A stretch of DNA of 64,000 bases from Pseudomonas aeruginosa PAO1 (lineage in GTDB: Bacteria; Pseudomonadota; Gammaproteobacteria; Pseudomonadales; Pseudomonadaceae): NCBI RefSeq assembly GCF_000006765.1, contig NC_002516.2, one strand, 5' to 3'. Below the pieces are notes generated by a model. The model was not told the DNA's origin. It did no database searches and saw only the letters and a program-made list of their open reading frames with translations. This document shows positions 29,225-40,259 of the stretch, piece by piece (within the stretch, counting starts at the first letter, position 1; each line of letters starts with the position of its first letter). A program made the position numbers and the translations under genes.

Positions 29225-29821
29225 TCAGAGCAGTTCCCGGGCCTGGGCGACGATCGCCGCGAAGTTGTCGCCGAGGGCGGCGATCTCGGCGCGTTGCAGA
29301 TCCGCGGCGCTCAGGACCCCGCCGTTCAGGGTGGGTATGTCGCGGGTGGCGCAGGCGCTATCGGCGAGGGTGCAGCGGTAGCCGTAGTCCTTGGCCGCGC
29401 GCACGGTGGTGCTGACGCTGGAATGGGTCATGAAGCCGCAGACGATCAGGTCGAGACGGCCGTGGTTCTGCAGCAGGTCGTGCAGCTCGGTGCCGGAGAA
29501 GGCATTGGGCAGGCGTTTCTCCACGACCTTTTCCCCGGCTTCCGGTTGCAGTTCCGGGAGGAACTGGCCGCGCGGCCCTTGCGGATCGAACAGGCCGCCC
29601 TGGATACCCAGGTGGCGTACATGCACGATGGGCGTACCGCTGGCGCGGGCCGCCTGCACCAGCACGCCGATCTCCGCGGCGGCGGCGTCGAGGCCTGGCA
29701 GGCGCAGGGCGCCGCTGCGGTACTCTTCCTGGGCATCGATGATCAGCAAGGTGCTCTGCCGAAGGGGGGCTGGCGGGTAGCCGCGTCCGCTGATCTGCAA
29801 AAGGGTGAGCGGATGAGGCAT
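29225..29821 (-). CDS. Isochorismatase/cysteine-hydrolase family protein
   Basis: ATG 29821, 198 aa. LLIIDAQEEY, EKRLPNAF and GFMTHSSVSTT motifs. Confidence 0.88.
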   Translation of the reverse strand: MPHPLTLLQISGRGYPPAPLRQSTLLIIDAQEEYRSGALRLPGLDAAAAEIGVLVQAARASGTPIVHVRHLGIQGGLFDPQGPRGQFLPELQPEAGEKVVEKRLPNAFSGTELHDLLQNHGRLDLIVCGFMTHSSVSTTVRAAKDYGYRCTLADSACATRDIPTLNGGVLSAADLQRAEIAALGDNFAAIVAQARELL

Positions 29822-29991
29822 GTCACTACTCCTGAGAAGGCACATGCCTTTCATTCTGGCCCCTATCGGCGAGCCTGTGAACCTTTGCCGCATGCGCACT
29901 AAAGTGGTATGGACTTCCCGCGCTGGAGGCCAGCTCCGGCGCGATCGGCTAGAATGTCGCCCTTTTGTGCGTTGCGAGGAGCAATTCCGTC

Positions 29992-30906
29992 ATGTCCGAG
30001 TCCCGTCTGCTCACCCTGCGCGACTACATCCGCTGGGCTGTCAGCCGTTTCCACGCCGCCGGCCTGTTCTTCGGTCACGGCACCGACAATGCCTGGGACG
30101 AGGCGCGCCACCTGGTTCTGGGTTCCCTGCACCTTCCCTGGGAAATTTCTGACAGCTACCTGGATTGCCGCCTGGAAGACGATGAACGCGCCGAGTTGGC
30201 GGAGATCCTCCGGCGGCGCATCGAGGAACGGATTCCGGCGGCCTACCTGCTGGGCGAAGCCTGGTTCTGCGGGATTCCCTTCAGCGTCGACGAACGCGTG
30301 CTGGTGCCGCGCTCGCCTATCGCCGAACTTATCGAACAGCGCTTCGCGCCCTGGCTGCCGGCCGAGCCGGCGCGAATCCTCGACCTCTGCACCGGTTCCG
30401 GCTGCATCGGCATCGCCTGCGCCTATGCGTTCGAGCAGGCGGAGGTGGTGCTCGCCGACCTGTCCTTCGATGCGCTGGAGGTGGCCAACGTCAATATCGA
30501 GCGCCACGACCTCGGCGAGCGGGTCTACACCGTCCAGGGCGACGGTTTCGCCGGGCTTCCCGGCCAGCGCTTCGACCTGATCGTGTCCAATCCGCCCTAC
30601 GTGGATGCCGAGGATTTCGCCGACATGCCGGCGGAGTTCCATCATGAGCCTGAACTCGGCCTGGCCTGCGGCGACGACGGCCTGGACCTGGTGCGACGGA
30701 TGCTCGCCGAGGCGGCCGACCACCTCAGCGAGAAAGGCCTGCTGATCGTCGAGGTGGGCAACAGCGAGGTCCATGTGCAGGCGCTGTATCCGGAAGTGGA
30801 CTTCACCTGGCTGGAGTTCGAGCACGGCGGCCACGGGGTGTTCATGCTGTCCGCCGCGCAGTGCCGCGAGCACCGGGAACTGTTCCGTTCGCGCTTGGAA
30901 AAGTGA
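29992..30906 (+). CDS. prmB: Ribosomal protein L3 N5-glutamine methyltransferase
   Basis: ATG 29992, 304 aa. [20 protein letters not shown] and SNPPY motifs. Confidence 0.95.
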
Positions 30907-30930
30907 TCGGAGGCGGCTGGTGCCGCCGGT

Positions 30931-31710
30931 TCAGTGAGTGGCGATCCAGATCAGCAGGCCGGCCTGGAACACCGCGAAGGCGGTCAGGCAGGCGATGGTG
31001 AAGCGCAGGCTGGTGTCGTCGCGGCGGTAGTGGTTGATGCGCTGTTCCAGTTGGCGGATCTCCGCATCCTGGGCCTGCAGGGTCTGCTCGGCCTGTTCCA
31101 GCATCGCCGCGGCGTCCAGCAGCGGCACGATCTGCACCTTGTCCTTGTGCCAATCGCTGTGCAGCTCACTGACCCGGCCGGCGCTGTAGCGGGCCTTGAG
31201 CAACCGCTGGTCCTCATAGCTGACGTCGAAGCCCTGGGCGCGGATGAAATGGTCGCGGCGCAGGCGTGCGTCTTCGGTCAGGCCATCCTTCAGCGCCAGT
31301 GCGCCGCCTTCCACCTTGTAGTGGGCCCAGCGTCGTTGCGCCCAGGCGATCGCCTGGGCCAGCAGGAAACGGCCCAGCCCGCGGTTCAAGGGTTCCAGGC
31401 TGAGCCCGGCGTCCGAACCGAAACGCACTTCCTTGTTGCGATGATCGGCCCAGACCTCCAGCAGGTTCTGCTCCTTGCGCAGCATCAGGCCTGGCACCTG
31501 GATGCTCAGGCGCAGCAGGCTCTGGTCCGCGCTGTGCCGTTCGACCCTGCCGAGCTGGACGAAGCGCAGGGGGCGGGCGCCGGTCGCGCGGTCGGTGGGC
31601 AGTGGCGCCAGGCGGAGCAGGCGGAAATGCTCCGGGGCCAGTTCGGCCCAGGGGTGCGGCGGTTTCTTCTCGGCTTCTTCTGCGGCCGGTTGGGTATCGC
31701 TATCGATCAT
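30931..31710 (-). CDS. Hypothetical protein with GNAT-like motifs, coiled coil and C-terminal TM anchor
   Basis: 259 aa. NRGLGRFLL, FIRAQGF, a heptad-rich stretch and a hydrophobic tail. Confidence 0.75.
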   Translation of the reverse strand: MIDSDTQPAAEEAEKKPPHPWAELAPEHFRLLRLAPLPTDRATGARPLRFVQLGRVERHSADQSLLRLSIQVPGLMLRKEQNLLEVWADHRNKEVRFGSDAGLSLEPLNRGLGRFLLAQAIAWAQRRWAHYKVEGGALALKDGLTEDARLRRDHFIRAQGFDVSYEDQRLLKARYSAGRVSELHSDWHKDKVQIVPLLDAAAMLEQAEQTLQAQDAEIRQLEQRINHYRRDDTSLRFTIACLTAFAVFQAGLLIWIATH

Positions 31711-31787
31711 CGGACATCCTCTGGCCGGCCGCCTTCACGGGCCGGCTTTCAGAACTTGTCGGCGCGGGAAGCGATTTCTGTAGCGGC

Positions 31788-32771
31788 TCAGCGGCCTTTT
31801 TCCGCCTCTGCGCCGCGCAGGATGAAGCGGCTGACCGCCTCGACCAGTTGCCGGGCCAGCGGCAGGTTCGGGTCGTTGTAGGCGGAAAGCTGCTGGAGAC
31901 CGGTGCTCGGGGCGATCCGCAGGATGTGGTTCATGCCGTCGATGAGCACCAGTTGCGAGTCGGGCTTGGCTCGCTGGAGCGCCTCGGCGTCGGCGACGCC
32001 GACCTGGATGTCATTGCGGCCCTGGACGATCAGGGTCGGGATGCGCAGGCGGCCGAACGCGCGGGCCGGGTCTTCGCGGAACAGCGAGATCAGGTACGGC
32101 TGCACGCTGGGGCGGAGCAGGTTGGCGAGCGCCGGCGGGATATCGCCGCGGGTCTCCCCGGCCTTCAGCGAAGCCAGCACCGAGTCGGCCTGGCGCAGTT
32201 GCGCCGGCGGCAGGCGACCGCGCAGTTGCTCGCGCAACACCCGGTCGATGGGTTGGCCGCTGCCGGCGATGGCGATCAATTCCTCGGCCGGCGTGCGAGG
32301 CGCCGCCAGGCTGGCGATCAGCGCGCCTTCGCTATGGCCGACCAGGATCAGCCGGGAGAAGCGCGGGTCGCGGGCCAGCCGCTCGCTCCAGGCGACCACG
32401 TCGTCGACATAGACGCCGACGCTGAGGTCTTCCTCGCGCGGCGCCGCCGCCAGGCTGCGGGCGACTCCACGCTTGTCGTAGCGCACGCTGGCGATTCCGC
32501 GTTCGGCCAGGGCCTCGGCGAGACGCAGTAGGTAGCGGTTGTTGCCGCCGAAGGGGTTGTTGCCGTCGCGGTCGGTGGGACCGGAGCCGGCGACCAGCAG
32601 GACCACCGGCGGCGGCACGGCGCTGCGCGGCAGCAGCAAGGAGCCGCGCAGCACGCCGTGCCCGGTGTCCAGGTCGTAGGGGCGGTGCAGGATGCTGTTG
32701 GGAGCGGCGTGGGCCAGGCTGGCGAGCAGGCAGAACAGGGCGAGGAGGGCGCGCGGCATGGAGGTCTTCAT
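31788..32771 (-). CDS. Alpha/beta hydrolase with signal peptide
   Basis: 327 aa. AGSGPTDRDGN, GHSEG nucleophile elbow, GRND and GMNH, with an N-terminal LASLAHA-type cleavage site. Confidence 0.85.
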   Translation of the reverse strand: MKTSMPRALLALFCLLASLAHAAPNSILHRPYDLDTGHGVLRGSLLLPRSAVPPPVVLLVAGSGPTDRDGNNPFGGNNRYLLRLAEALAERGIASVRYDKRGVARSLAAAPREEDLSVGVYVDDVVAWSERLARDPRFSRLILVGHSEGALIASLAAPRTPAEELIAIAGSGQPIDRVLREQLRGRLPPAQLRQADSVLASLKAGETRGDIPPALANLLRPSVQPYLISLFREDPARAFGRLRIPTLIVQGRNDIQVGVADAEALQRAKPDSQLVLIDGMNHILRIAPSTGLQQLSAYNDPNLPLARQLVEAVSRFILRGAEAEKGR

Positions 32772-32878
32772 GGGCCGATGATAGCGCTTTGATCGCGTCC
32801 TCCGGGGAAGGTTCGCAGGCCCGTCCTTGACGGGTATACTCCGATGTCTTTCCCTCTCGTCCTCACGCGGAGCCTCGC

Positions 32879-33970
32879 ATGTCCGGCAACACCTACGGCA
32901 AGCTCTTCACCGTCACCACCGCAGGCGAAAGCCACGGCCCGGCGCTGGTCGCCATCGTCGATGGGTGCCCCCCGGGGCTGGAACTGTCCGCCCGGGACCT
33001 GCAACGCGACCTCGACCGGCGCAAGCCCGGCACCAGCCGGCACACCACCCAGCGCCAGGAAGCCGACGAGGTGGAGATTCTTTCCGGGGTGTTCGAGGGC
33101 AAGACCACCGGCACGCCGATCGGCCTGCTGATCCGCAACACCGACCAGAAGTCCAAGGACTACTCGGCGATCAAGGACCTGTTCCGCCCGGCCCATGCCG
33201 ACTACACCTACCACCACAAGTACGGCGTGCGCGACTACCGCGGCGGCGGCCGTTCCTCGGCGCGCGAGACCGCCATGCGCGTGGCCGCCGGGGCTATCGC
33301 CAAGAAATACCTGGCGGGCCTGGGCATCCAGGTGCGCGGCTACATGAGCCAGCTCGGGCCGATCGAGATTCCGTTCAGGAGCTGGGACAGCGTCGAGCAG
33401 AATGCCTTCTTCAGCCCCGACCCGGACAAGGTGCCGGAGCTGGAGGCCTACATGGACCAATTGCGCCGCGACCAGGATTCGGTCGGGGCGAAGATCACCG
33501 TGGTTGCCGAAGGCGTGCCGCCGGGCCTGGGCGAGCCGATCTTCGACCGCCTGGACGCCGAACTGGCGCATGCGCTGATGAGCATCAACGCGGTGAAGGG
33601 CGTGGAGATCGGCGCCGGCTTCGCCAGCATCGCCCAGCGCGGCACCGAGCACCGCGACGAACTGACCCCGCAAGGCTTCCTGTCGAACAATGCCGGCGGC
33701 ATCCTCGGCGGGATCTCCTCCGGCCAGCCGATCGTCGCCCACCTGGCGCTGAAGCCGACCTCCAGCATCACCACTCCCGGGCGCTCGATCGATACCGCCG
33801 GCGAGCCGGTGGACATGATCACCAAGGGCCGTCACGACCCGTGCGTCGGCATCCGCGCCACGCCGATCGCCGAGGCGATGATGGCCATCGTCCTGCTCGA
33901 CCAATTGCTGCGCCAGCGTGGGCAGAACGCCGACGTGCGCGTCGACACGCCGGTCCTGCCGCAGCTGTGA
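32879..33970 (+). CDS. aroC: Chorismate synthase
   Basis: 363 aa. GESHG, RPAHAD, RSSARET and GRHDPCV motifs. Confidence 0.97.
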
Positions 33971-34013
33971 GGGCTGTGGCAGGCAGCGATGCGGGACGGG
34001 TGAACGGCGGATC

Positions 34014-35165
34014 GTGACCAGCGCGGTTCCCTACTGGCGCCTGTCCAGCTTCTATTTCTTCTATTTCAGCCTGCTCGGCGCCACGGCGCCGTTCCTCGCC
34101 CTGTATTTCCATCACCTGGGCTTCCCCAGCCCGCGCATCGGCGAGCTGGTGGCGATTCCCATGCTGATGCGTTGCGTCGCGCCCAACCTGTGGGGCTGGC
34201 TGGGCGACCGCAGCGGCCAGCGCCTGGCCATCGTGCGCTTCGGCGCGGTATGCACGGCGCTGGGCTTCTCGCTGATCTTCGTCAGCCACAGCTACGCCTG
34301 GCTGGCCTTGGTGATGGCGTTGCACGCGTTCTTCTGGCACGCCGTGCTGCCGCAGTTCGAGGTCATCACCCTGGCCCACCTGCGCGAGCGCAGCGCCAGC
34401 TACAGCCGGATTCGCCTGTGGGGCTCGATCGGTTTCATCTGCACCGTGGTCGGTCTCGGCGCGCTGTTCGAGCGCCTGAGCCTGGATGTCTACCCGGCGA
34501 CGCTGCTGGGTATCATGCTCGGCATCGTGCTGTGCAGCTGGTGGGTGCCCAATGCCCAGCCGGCCCATCGCGAACCGCGCGAAGGCGAGGGCGGCTTCCT
34601 CGCCCAGTTGCGCCAGCCGGGCGTGCTGGCGTTCTACCTGTGCGTGTGCCTGATGCAGCTGTCCCATGGGCCGTACTACACCTTCCTGACCCTGCACCTG
34701 GAATCGCTGGGCTACAGCCGGGCGCTGATCGGTCTGCTCTGGGCGCTGGGGGTGGTCGCCGAGGTCATGTTGTTCCTCGCCATGCCACGCCTGCTGCAAC
34801 GCTTCAGCCTGCGCCAGGTGCTGGCCGCGAGCTTCCTGCTGGCGTCGTTGCGCTGGCTGCTTCTCGGCAACCTGGCCGACAGCCTGGCGCTGCTGGTCTT
34901 TGCCCAGACGCTGCATGCCGCCACCTTCGGCAGTTTTCATGCGGCTGCCATCCATTTCGTGCAGCGTAGCTTCGGCCTGCGCCAGCAGGGCCAAGGCCAG
35001 GCCCTGTATGCTGCGCTGGCCGGTACCGGCGGAGCCCTGGGCGCGCTGTATTCCGGCTATAGCTGGAACAGCCTGGGCCCTGCCTGGACCTTCGCCATCG
35101 CCAGCCTGGCAGCCTTGCTGGCAGCCGCTATCATCAGTACCCGTTTGCAAGAGGTGCGGGCATGA
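34014..35165 (+). CDS. MFS transporter (MFS_1-like/HcaT-type)
   Basis: GTG start, about 383 aa and about 12 TM segments. YSRIRLWGSIGF motif. The start position is uncertain. Confidence 0.85.
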   Translation: MTSAVPYWRLSSFYFFYFSLLGATAPFLALYFHHLGFPSPRIGELVAIPMLMRCVAPNLWGWLGDRSGQRLAIVRFGAVCTALGFSLIFVSHSYAWLALVMALHAFFWHAVLPQFEVITLAHLRERSASYSRIRLWGSIGFICTVVGLGALFERLSLDVYPATLLGIMLGIVLCSWWVPNAQPAHREPREGEGGFLAQLRQPGVLAFYLCVCLMQLSHGPYYTFLTLHLESLGYSRALIGLLWALGVVAEVMLFLAMPRLLQRFSLRQVLAASFLLASLRWLLLGNLADSLALLVFAQTLHAATFGSFHAAAIHFVQRSFGLRQQGQGQALYAALAGTGGALGALYSGYSWNSLGPAWTFAIASLAALLAAAIISTRLQEVRA

Positions 35166-35779
35166 ACGACAACCGTGAACAGCTGACCCAGCAGATCATC
35201 GACGCCGGCCGGTTCCTCTACGGCCGCGGCTGGTCGCCGGCAACCAGCAGCAACTACTCCGCGCGCCTGGACGAACAGCGCGCGCTGCTCACCGTCTCGG
35301 GCAAGCACAAGGGCCAGTTGGGCTTCGACGACGTGCTGGCCACCGACCTGGCCGGCAACAGCCTGGAACCGGGCAAGAAACCCTCGGCGGAGACCCTCCT
35401 GCACACCCAGCTGTATGCCTGGAACCCGGCGATCGGCGCGGTGCTGCATACCCACTCGGTGAATGCCACCGTGCTTTCCCGCCTGGTCCGCGGCGACCGC
35501 CTGGTGCTGCAGGACTACGAACTGCAGAAGGCCTTCGCCGGGGTCACCACCCACGAAGGCCAGGTCGAGGTGCCGATCTTCGACAACGACCAGGACATCG
35601 CCCGCCTGGCCAGCCGCGTGCAGCCCTGGCTGGAGGCGCATCCGCACTGCCCGGGGTATTTGATCCGCGGCCACGGGCTGTACACTTGGGGCGCGCGCAT
35701 GAGCGATGCCCTGCGTCAGGTGGAAGCTTTCGAGTTTCTGTTCGAGTGTGAACTGAAAGTACTGAGTCTGAGCCGATGA
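35162..35779 (+). CDS. mtnB: Methylthioribulose-1-phosphate dehydratase
   Basis: 205 aa class II aldolase fold. [21 protein letters not shown] and GHGLYTWG motifs. Confidence 0.93.
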   Translation: MNDNREQLTQQIIDAGRFLYGRGWSPATSSNYSARLDEQRALLTVSGKHKGQLGFDDVLATDLAGNSLEPGKKPSAETLLHTQLYAWNPAIGAVLHTHSVNATVLSRLVRGDRLVLQDYELQKAFAGVTTHEGQVEVPIFDNDQDIARLASRVQPWLEAHPHCPGYLIRGHGLYTWGARMSDALRQVEAFEFLFECELKVLSLSR

Positions 35780-36321
35780 GCAGCCTTACCGTCTATCACG
35801 AGAACCAGCCGGAGCAGCCGCTGAAGCTGCTGACCCATGCCGAGGACATCGCTTCGACCCTGGCCGAGGTCGGCGTCCGTTTCGAACGCTGGGAAGCCGC
35901 CGCGCCGATCGCCGCCGGCGCCAGCCAGGACGAGGTGATCGCCGCCTACGCCCACGAGATCGAGCGGCTCAAGCGCGAGCGCGGCTACATCACCGTGGAC
36001 GTGGTCAGCCTGAACAGCGACCACCCGCAGAAGGCCGAATTGCGCGCCAAGTTCCTCGACGAGCACCGCCATGGCGAAGACGAGGTGCGCTTCTTCGTCG
36101 CCGGGCGCGGCCTGTTCGTCCTGCATATCGAGGAGCATGTCTACGCCGTGCTCTGCGAGCGCAACGACCTGATCTCGGTGCCGGCCGGCACCCGCCACTG
36201 GTTCGACATGGGCGAGCACCCGCATTTCGTCGCCGTGCGCCTGTTCAACAACCCGGAGGGCTGGGTCGCCCAGTTCACCGGCGACGACATCGCCAGCCGC
36301 TTCCCCCTGCTGGAAGACTGA
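35776..36321 (+). CDS. mtnD: Acireductone dioxygenase
   Basis: 181 aa. [12 protein letters not shown] and HWFDMG cupin ligands. Confidence 0.95.
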   Translation: MSSLTVYHENQPEQPLKLLTHAEDIASTLAEVGVRFERWEAAAPIAAGASQDEVIAAYAHEIERLKRERGYITVDVVSLNSDHPQKAELRAKFLDEHRHGEDEVRFFVAGRGLFVLHIEEHVYAVLCERNDLISVPAGTRHWFDMGEHPHFVAVRLFNNPEGWVAQFTGDDIASRFPLLED

Positions 36322-36392
36322 GCGAGGCACCGTCCCATCCGTCACCATCCGCGCCCCCGGTCCTGCCGGGGGCGGTTTCATCCGGAGTCCGC

Positions 36393-37142
36393 ATGACCAT
36401 CAAAGCCATTCTCACCGACATCGAAGGCACCACCAGCGCGGTCAGCTTCGTTTTCGACGTGCTGTTTCCCTATGCCGCCCGGCACCTGCCGGACTTCGTC
36501 CGCGAACACGCCGGAGAGACCGAGGTAGCCGCACAGTTGGCGGCGGTGCGTGCCGAGAGCGGTGAGGCGGACGCCGATGTCGAGCGGGTGATCGCGATCC
36601 TCCTGCAATGGATCGCCGAGGACCGCAAGGCGACGCCGCTGAAGGCCCTGCAAGGCATGGTCTGGGCCCAGGGCTACCGCGACGGTCAGTTGAAAGGCCA
36701 CGTCTACCCGGACGCGGTGCAGGCGCTGCGCGAGTGGAAGGCCCGTGGGCTGGACCTGTACGTCTATTCCTCCGGCTCGATCCAGGCGCAGAAGCTGATC
36801 TTCGGCTGTTCCGAGGCCGGCGACCTGGGCTCGCTGTTTTCCGGCTACTTCGACACTACCAGCGGGCCGAAGCGGGAAAGCGCCTCCTATGCGCGGATCG
36901 CCGGGGCCATCGGCCTGCCGGCCGCGGAAATCCTTTTCCTTTCCGACGTGGTGCAGGAACTGGATGCCGCGCGCGACGCGGGCATGCGCACGCTCGGCCT
37001 GGCCCGCGAAGGCGGCAGCCTGGACGGCCATCCGACGGTGGCCAGTTCGCCGACATCCTCGTGGAGTGAACGCGCCGGCTATCCTGAGGGAACACTCTTG
37101 CTCGGGAGCATCGCGCCATGGGTTCCACCCTCAGCGGGCTGA
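36393..37142 (+). CDS. mtnC: Enolase-phosphatase E1 (MasA) with a frameshifted C-terminal extension
   Basis: HAD motifs DIEGTT, YSSGS and FLSD. The expected terminus FADILVE* lies in another frame at 37046-37069. Confidence 0.93.
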   Translation: MTIKAILTDIEGTTSAVSFVFDVLFPYAARHLPDFVREHAGETEVAAQLAAVRAESGEADADVERVIAILLQWIAEDRKATPLKALQGMVWAQGYRDGQLKGHVYPDAVQALREWKARGLDLYVYSSGSIQAQKLIFGCSEAGDLGSLFSGYFDTTSGPKRESASYARIAGAIGLPAAEILFLSDVVQELDAARDAGMRTLGLAREGGSLDGHPTVASSPTSSWSERAGYPEGTLLLGSIAPWVPPSAG

Positions 37143-37309
37143 TCAGCCTGGTCATCCTGGCCCTGGATATCTGGGCCATCGTCAACATCCTGAAAAGCGC
37201 TGCGGAAACCGGGATGAAGATCATCTGGGTCCTGGTGATCATCGTCCTGCCGGTGCTCGGCCTGATCATCTGGGCCATCGCCGGCCCGCGCGGCAACGTC
37301 AGGCTGTAG
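37118..37309 (+). CDS. Small two-TM PLDc_N-domain membrane protein (63 aa)
   Basis: GGGAG SD at 37104-37108. The sequence LDIWAIVNI...[23 protein letters not shown] fits the PLD nuclease N-terminal pattern. Confidence 0.8.
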   Translation: MGSTLSGLISLVILALDIWAIVNILKSAAETGMKIIWVLVIIVLPVLGLIIWAIAGPRGNVRL

Positions 37310-37324
37310 CCTCCCGCCGCGGCG

Positions 37325-38218
37325 TTAGCCGCCTGCGGCGTAGTGGTGCCACAGGTGGATCGCGGCGTAGGCGCGCCAAGGCCGCCAGGCCTCGGCGCGG
37401 GCCTTCAGGCTGCGCGCATCGATGCCTTGCGGCCCCCAGACCGTGGATTTCAGCAGGCCGAGGTCGGCGGCGGGGAAGGCGTCGGCTTCGCCCATGGCAC
37501 GCAGGGCTATGTATTCGGCGGTCCAGGGGCCGATGCCGGGCAACGCGCAGAGGCGCTCCACCAGGGCCTCGGGGCCGTCCGCCAGGTCCAGGCTCAGCTC
37601 TCCCGAGGCGATCGCCGCGGCGAAGCGTTGCAGCGTCTGTACCCGCTTGCCGGGCATGCCGATGCCGTCGAGGTTGGCTTGCGCCAGCGCGGCGGGCGTC
37701 GGGAACAGGTGGCTGATGCCGTCGTAGCCGAGATCTTCCAGCGGCTCGCCGAGGCGCTGGATCAGGCGCCCGGTGATGGTCACCGCGGCCTTCACCGTGA
37801 CCTGCTGGCCGACGATGGCGCGCACCGCCTGTTCGAAGGGATCGAAGGCCACCGGCAGGCGCAGTCCCGGATTGGCGGCCACCAGCGGGCCGAGCAGGGG
37901 ATCCCCGGCGAAATGCCGGGCGATGGCGGCCGGGTCGCTGTCCAGGTCGAACATCCGGCGGACCCGTGCCTCGAGTTCGGCGGCCAGGGCATGGGCGGAC
38001 GGGCTGAGGCTCAGCGCCAGGACCTGGCGTTCCGCCAGCGGTCGCACCTCGAACCAGGCCGGGCGACCGTTGGCCCGGAAGCTGCGGGCATAGTGGTCGT
38101 CACCCAGGCTTTCGACACCGGCGAGCAGGCGCAGGGCGAAATGCTGGTGGAACTGGCGCCATTCCCAGGGTGACTGGTAGGGCAGGTGCAGGACGAGGGG
38201 AGAGGTAGGCTGGCTCAT
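37325..38218 (-). CDS. alkA: DNA-3-methyladenine glycosylase II
   Basis: ATG 38218, 297 aa. AIVGQQV, HhH motif [16 protein letters not shown] and WRPWRAYA. Confidence 0.93.
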   Translation of the reverse strand: MSQPTSPLVLHLPYQSPWEWRQFHQHFALRLLAGVESLGDDHYARSFRANGRPAWFEVRPLAERQVLALSLSPSAHALAAELEARVRRMFDLDSDPAAIARHFAGDPLLGPLVAANPGLRLPVAFDPFEQAVRAIVGQQVTVKAAVTITGRLIQRLGEPLEDLGYDGISHLFPTPAALAQANLDGIGMPGKRVQTLQRFAAAIASGELSLDLADGPEALVERLCALPGIGPWTAEYIALRAMGEADAFPAADLGLLKSTVWGPQGIDARSLKARAEAWRPWRAYAAIHLWHHYAAGG

Positions 38219-38366
38219 GGGCAGACGATACCTGTCCGGCGCAGCCGGCGCCATCCGCCGGCGGGGTTCGACCTGTCATTGCCGCCAGCGTAGAATGCGC
38301 GCCTTTCTTCGCGGCGCGGGCAAGTCCCGCTGCCAGATTGCAGCCTTACCAGGGAGATCCCGGCCC

Positions 38367-39227
<861 letters not shown>

Positions 39228-39239
39228 CGCTTCACCAAG

Positions 39240-39261
39240 AAGGGCCGCAAGGCCCTTTTTC
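39240..39261 (+). terminator. Rho-independent terminator after speE
   Basis: AAGGGCC-GCAA-GGCCCTT followed by a T-run. Confidence 0.85.
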
Positions 39262-39294
39262 ATGCGTCGCTCCGACATCCCCTGTTACTGCCAG

Positions 39295-39310
39295 CTAACA
39301 TTTTTTTCAC
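39295..39310 (+). promoter_or_regulatory. Candidate ColR response-regulator box
   Basis: CTAACATTTTTTTCAC matches the P. putida ColR consensus YYNAYNNYTTTTTSAC as recalled. Confidence 0.5.
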
Positions 39311-39387
39311 AATCGATCCGGGAAAATCTGCGCGCTTTTTTCCGTTGCCATGGCTATAAATGGCAGTTTTGTCCTTGAGTGCATCGA

Positions 39388-40257
39388 ATGCTGACCAAAC
39401 GATTGCGCCAGAGCGGCGTAGTAGTCTCCTGCCTGCTCGGTAGCGTCCTCTTCATCGCCCTGGCCTTCCTCGGCTGGCAGCGTTTCGCCCCGGCAGCCAC
39501 CGTATCCGGCTGGACCTACCGGGTAGTGCTCGAGGACATTCCCCACGTCAGCGCCCTGGCCCGCGACCCGGACGGCCTGCTCTACGTGAGCCAGGAGTTG
39601 CAGGACGGCAAGGGCCTGGTGTTCCGCATCGCCGCCGATGGCAGCCGCGATACGGTGCTCGACGGGCTGTCCAAACCCGACGGCATGGCCAGCTTCCGCG
39701 ACGGCATCGCGATCAGCCAGGAGCAGGGCGCCTCGCCGGTGTTCTGGTGGCATGCCCAGCAGGCCCGGCCGCTGTTCGACGGCATCCAGGTGGAGGGCGT
39801 CGCCAGCGACGGCCGCTACCTGTACGCCGCCGAGGATCGCGACCTGGACGGGCGGATTCTCCGCTACGACCCGGAGACCGGCGGACTGACGGTACTGCGC
39901 GAGGGATTGCAGCGCTCCGAAGGGGTGGCCGCCTGCCCGGACGGAAGCGTCTTCTACACGGAAAAGAAACGTGGCCACGTCATGCGTCTGCATGAGGGGG
40001 CCGAGGACGAGGTGGTGCTGAACGGACTGAATGCACCGAGCTTTTTGCTGTGCGACAGCGAAGGCCTGTGGATCACCGAGGACTCGACGCATAACGCGCG
40101 AGCCTTGCTGCTGCCGCCCGACGGGCCGCTGCAGGTGATCGTACGGCGCCTGCGTTCCGCACAGTCCCTACTGCCCATCGGGCCCGGCCGCTACCTGCTG
40201 GCCGAGCAGGGGCGGGACCGCATTCTCGAAATCGAACGACAGAAGAGCGAATTGTAA
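39388..40257 (+). CDS. Membrane-anchored beta-propeller protein (NHL/SMP-30/strictosidine-synthase-like)
   Basis: One N-terminal TM followed by repeated blades (GLSKPDGM, GLQRSEGV, GLNAPSFL). An alternative GTG start lies at 39379. Confidence 0.75.
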   Translation: MLTKRLRQSGVVVSCLLGSVLFIALAFLGWQRFAPAATVSGWTYRVVLEDIPHVSALARDPDGLLYVSQELQDGKGLVFRIAADGSRDTVLDGLSKPDGMASFRDGIAISQEQGASPVFWWHAQQARPLFDGIQVEGVASDGRYLYAAEDRDLDGRILRYDPETGGLTVLREGLQRSEGVAACPDGSVFYTEKKRGHVMRLHEGAEDEVVLNGLNAPSFLLCDSEGLWITEDSTHNARALLLPPDGPLQVIVRRLRSAQSLLPIGPGRYLLAEQGRDRILEIERQKSEL

Positions 40258-40259
40258 AC

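Noticed and set aside
1312-29991. Long N-terminal extensions in the ORF track (1312 for the aminotransferase, 7149 tssB, 11293 tssG, 15338 sfa2, 17057 fha2, 24828 stk1, 28349 folE2, 29965 prmB; likewise later psc/pcr genes)
   Set aside because: The extensions overlap neighbouring genes and are low-complexity Arg/Ala/Pro text. Downstream ATGs have SDs and family-typical N-termini.
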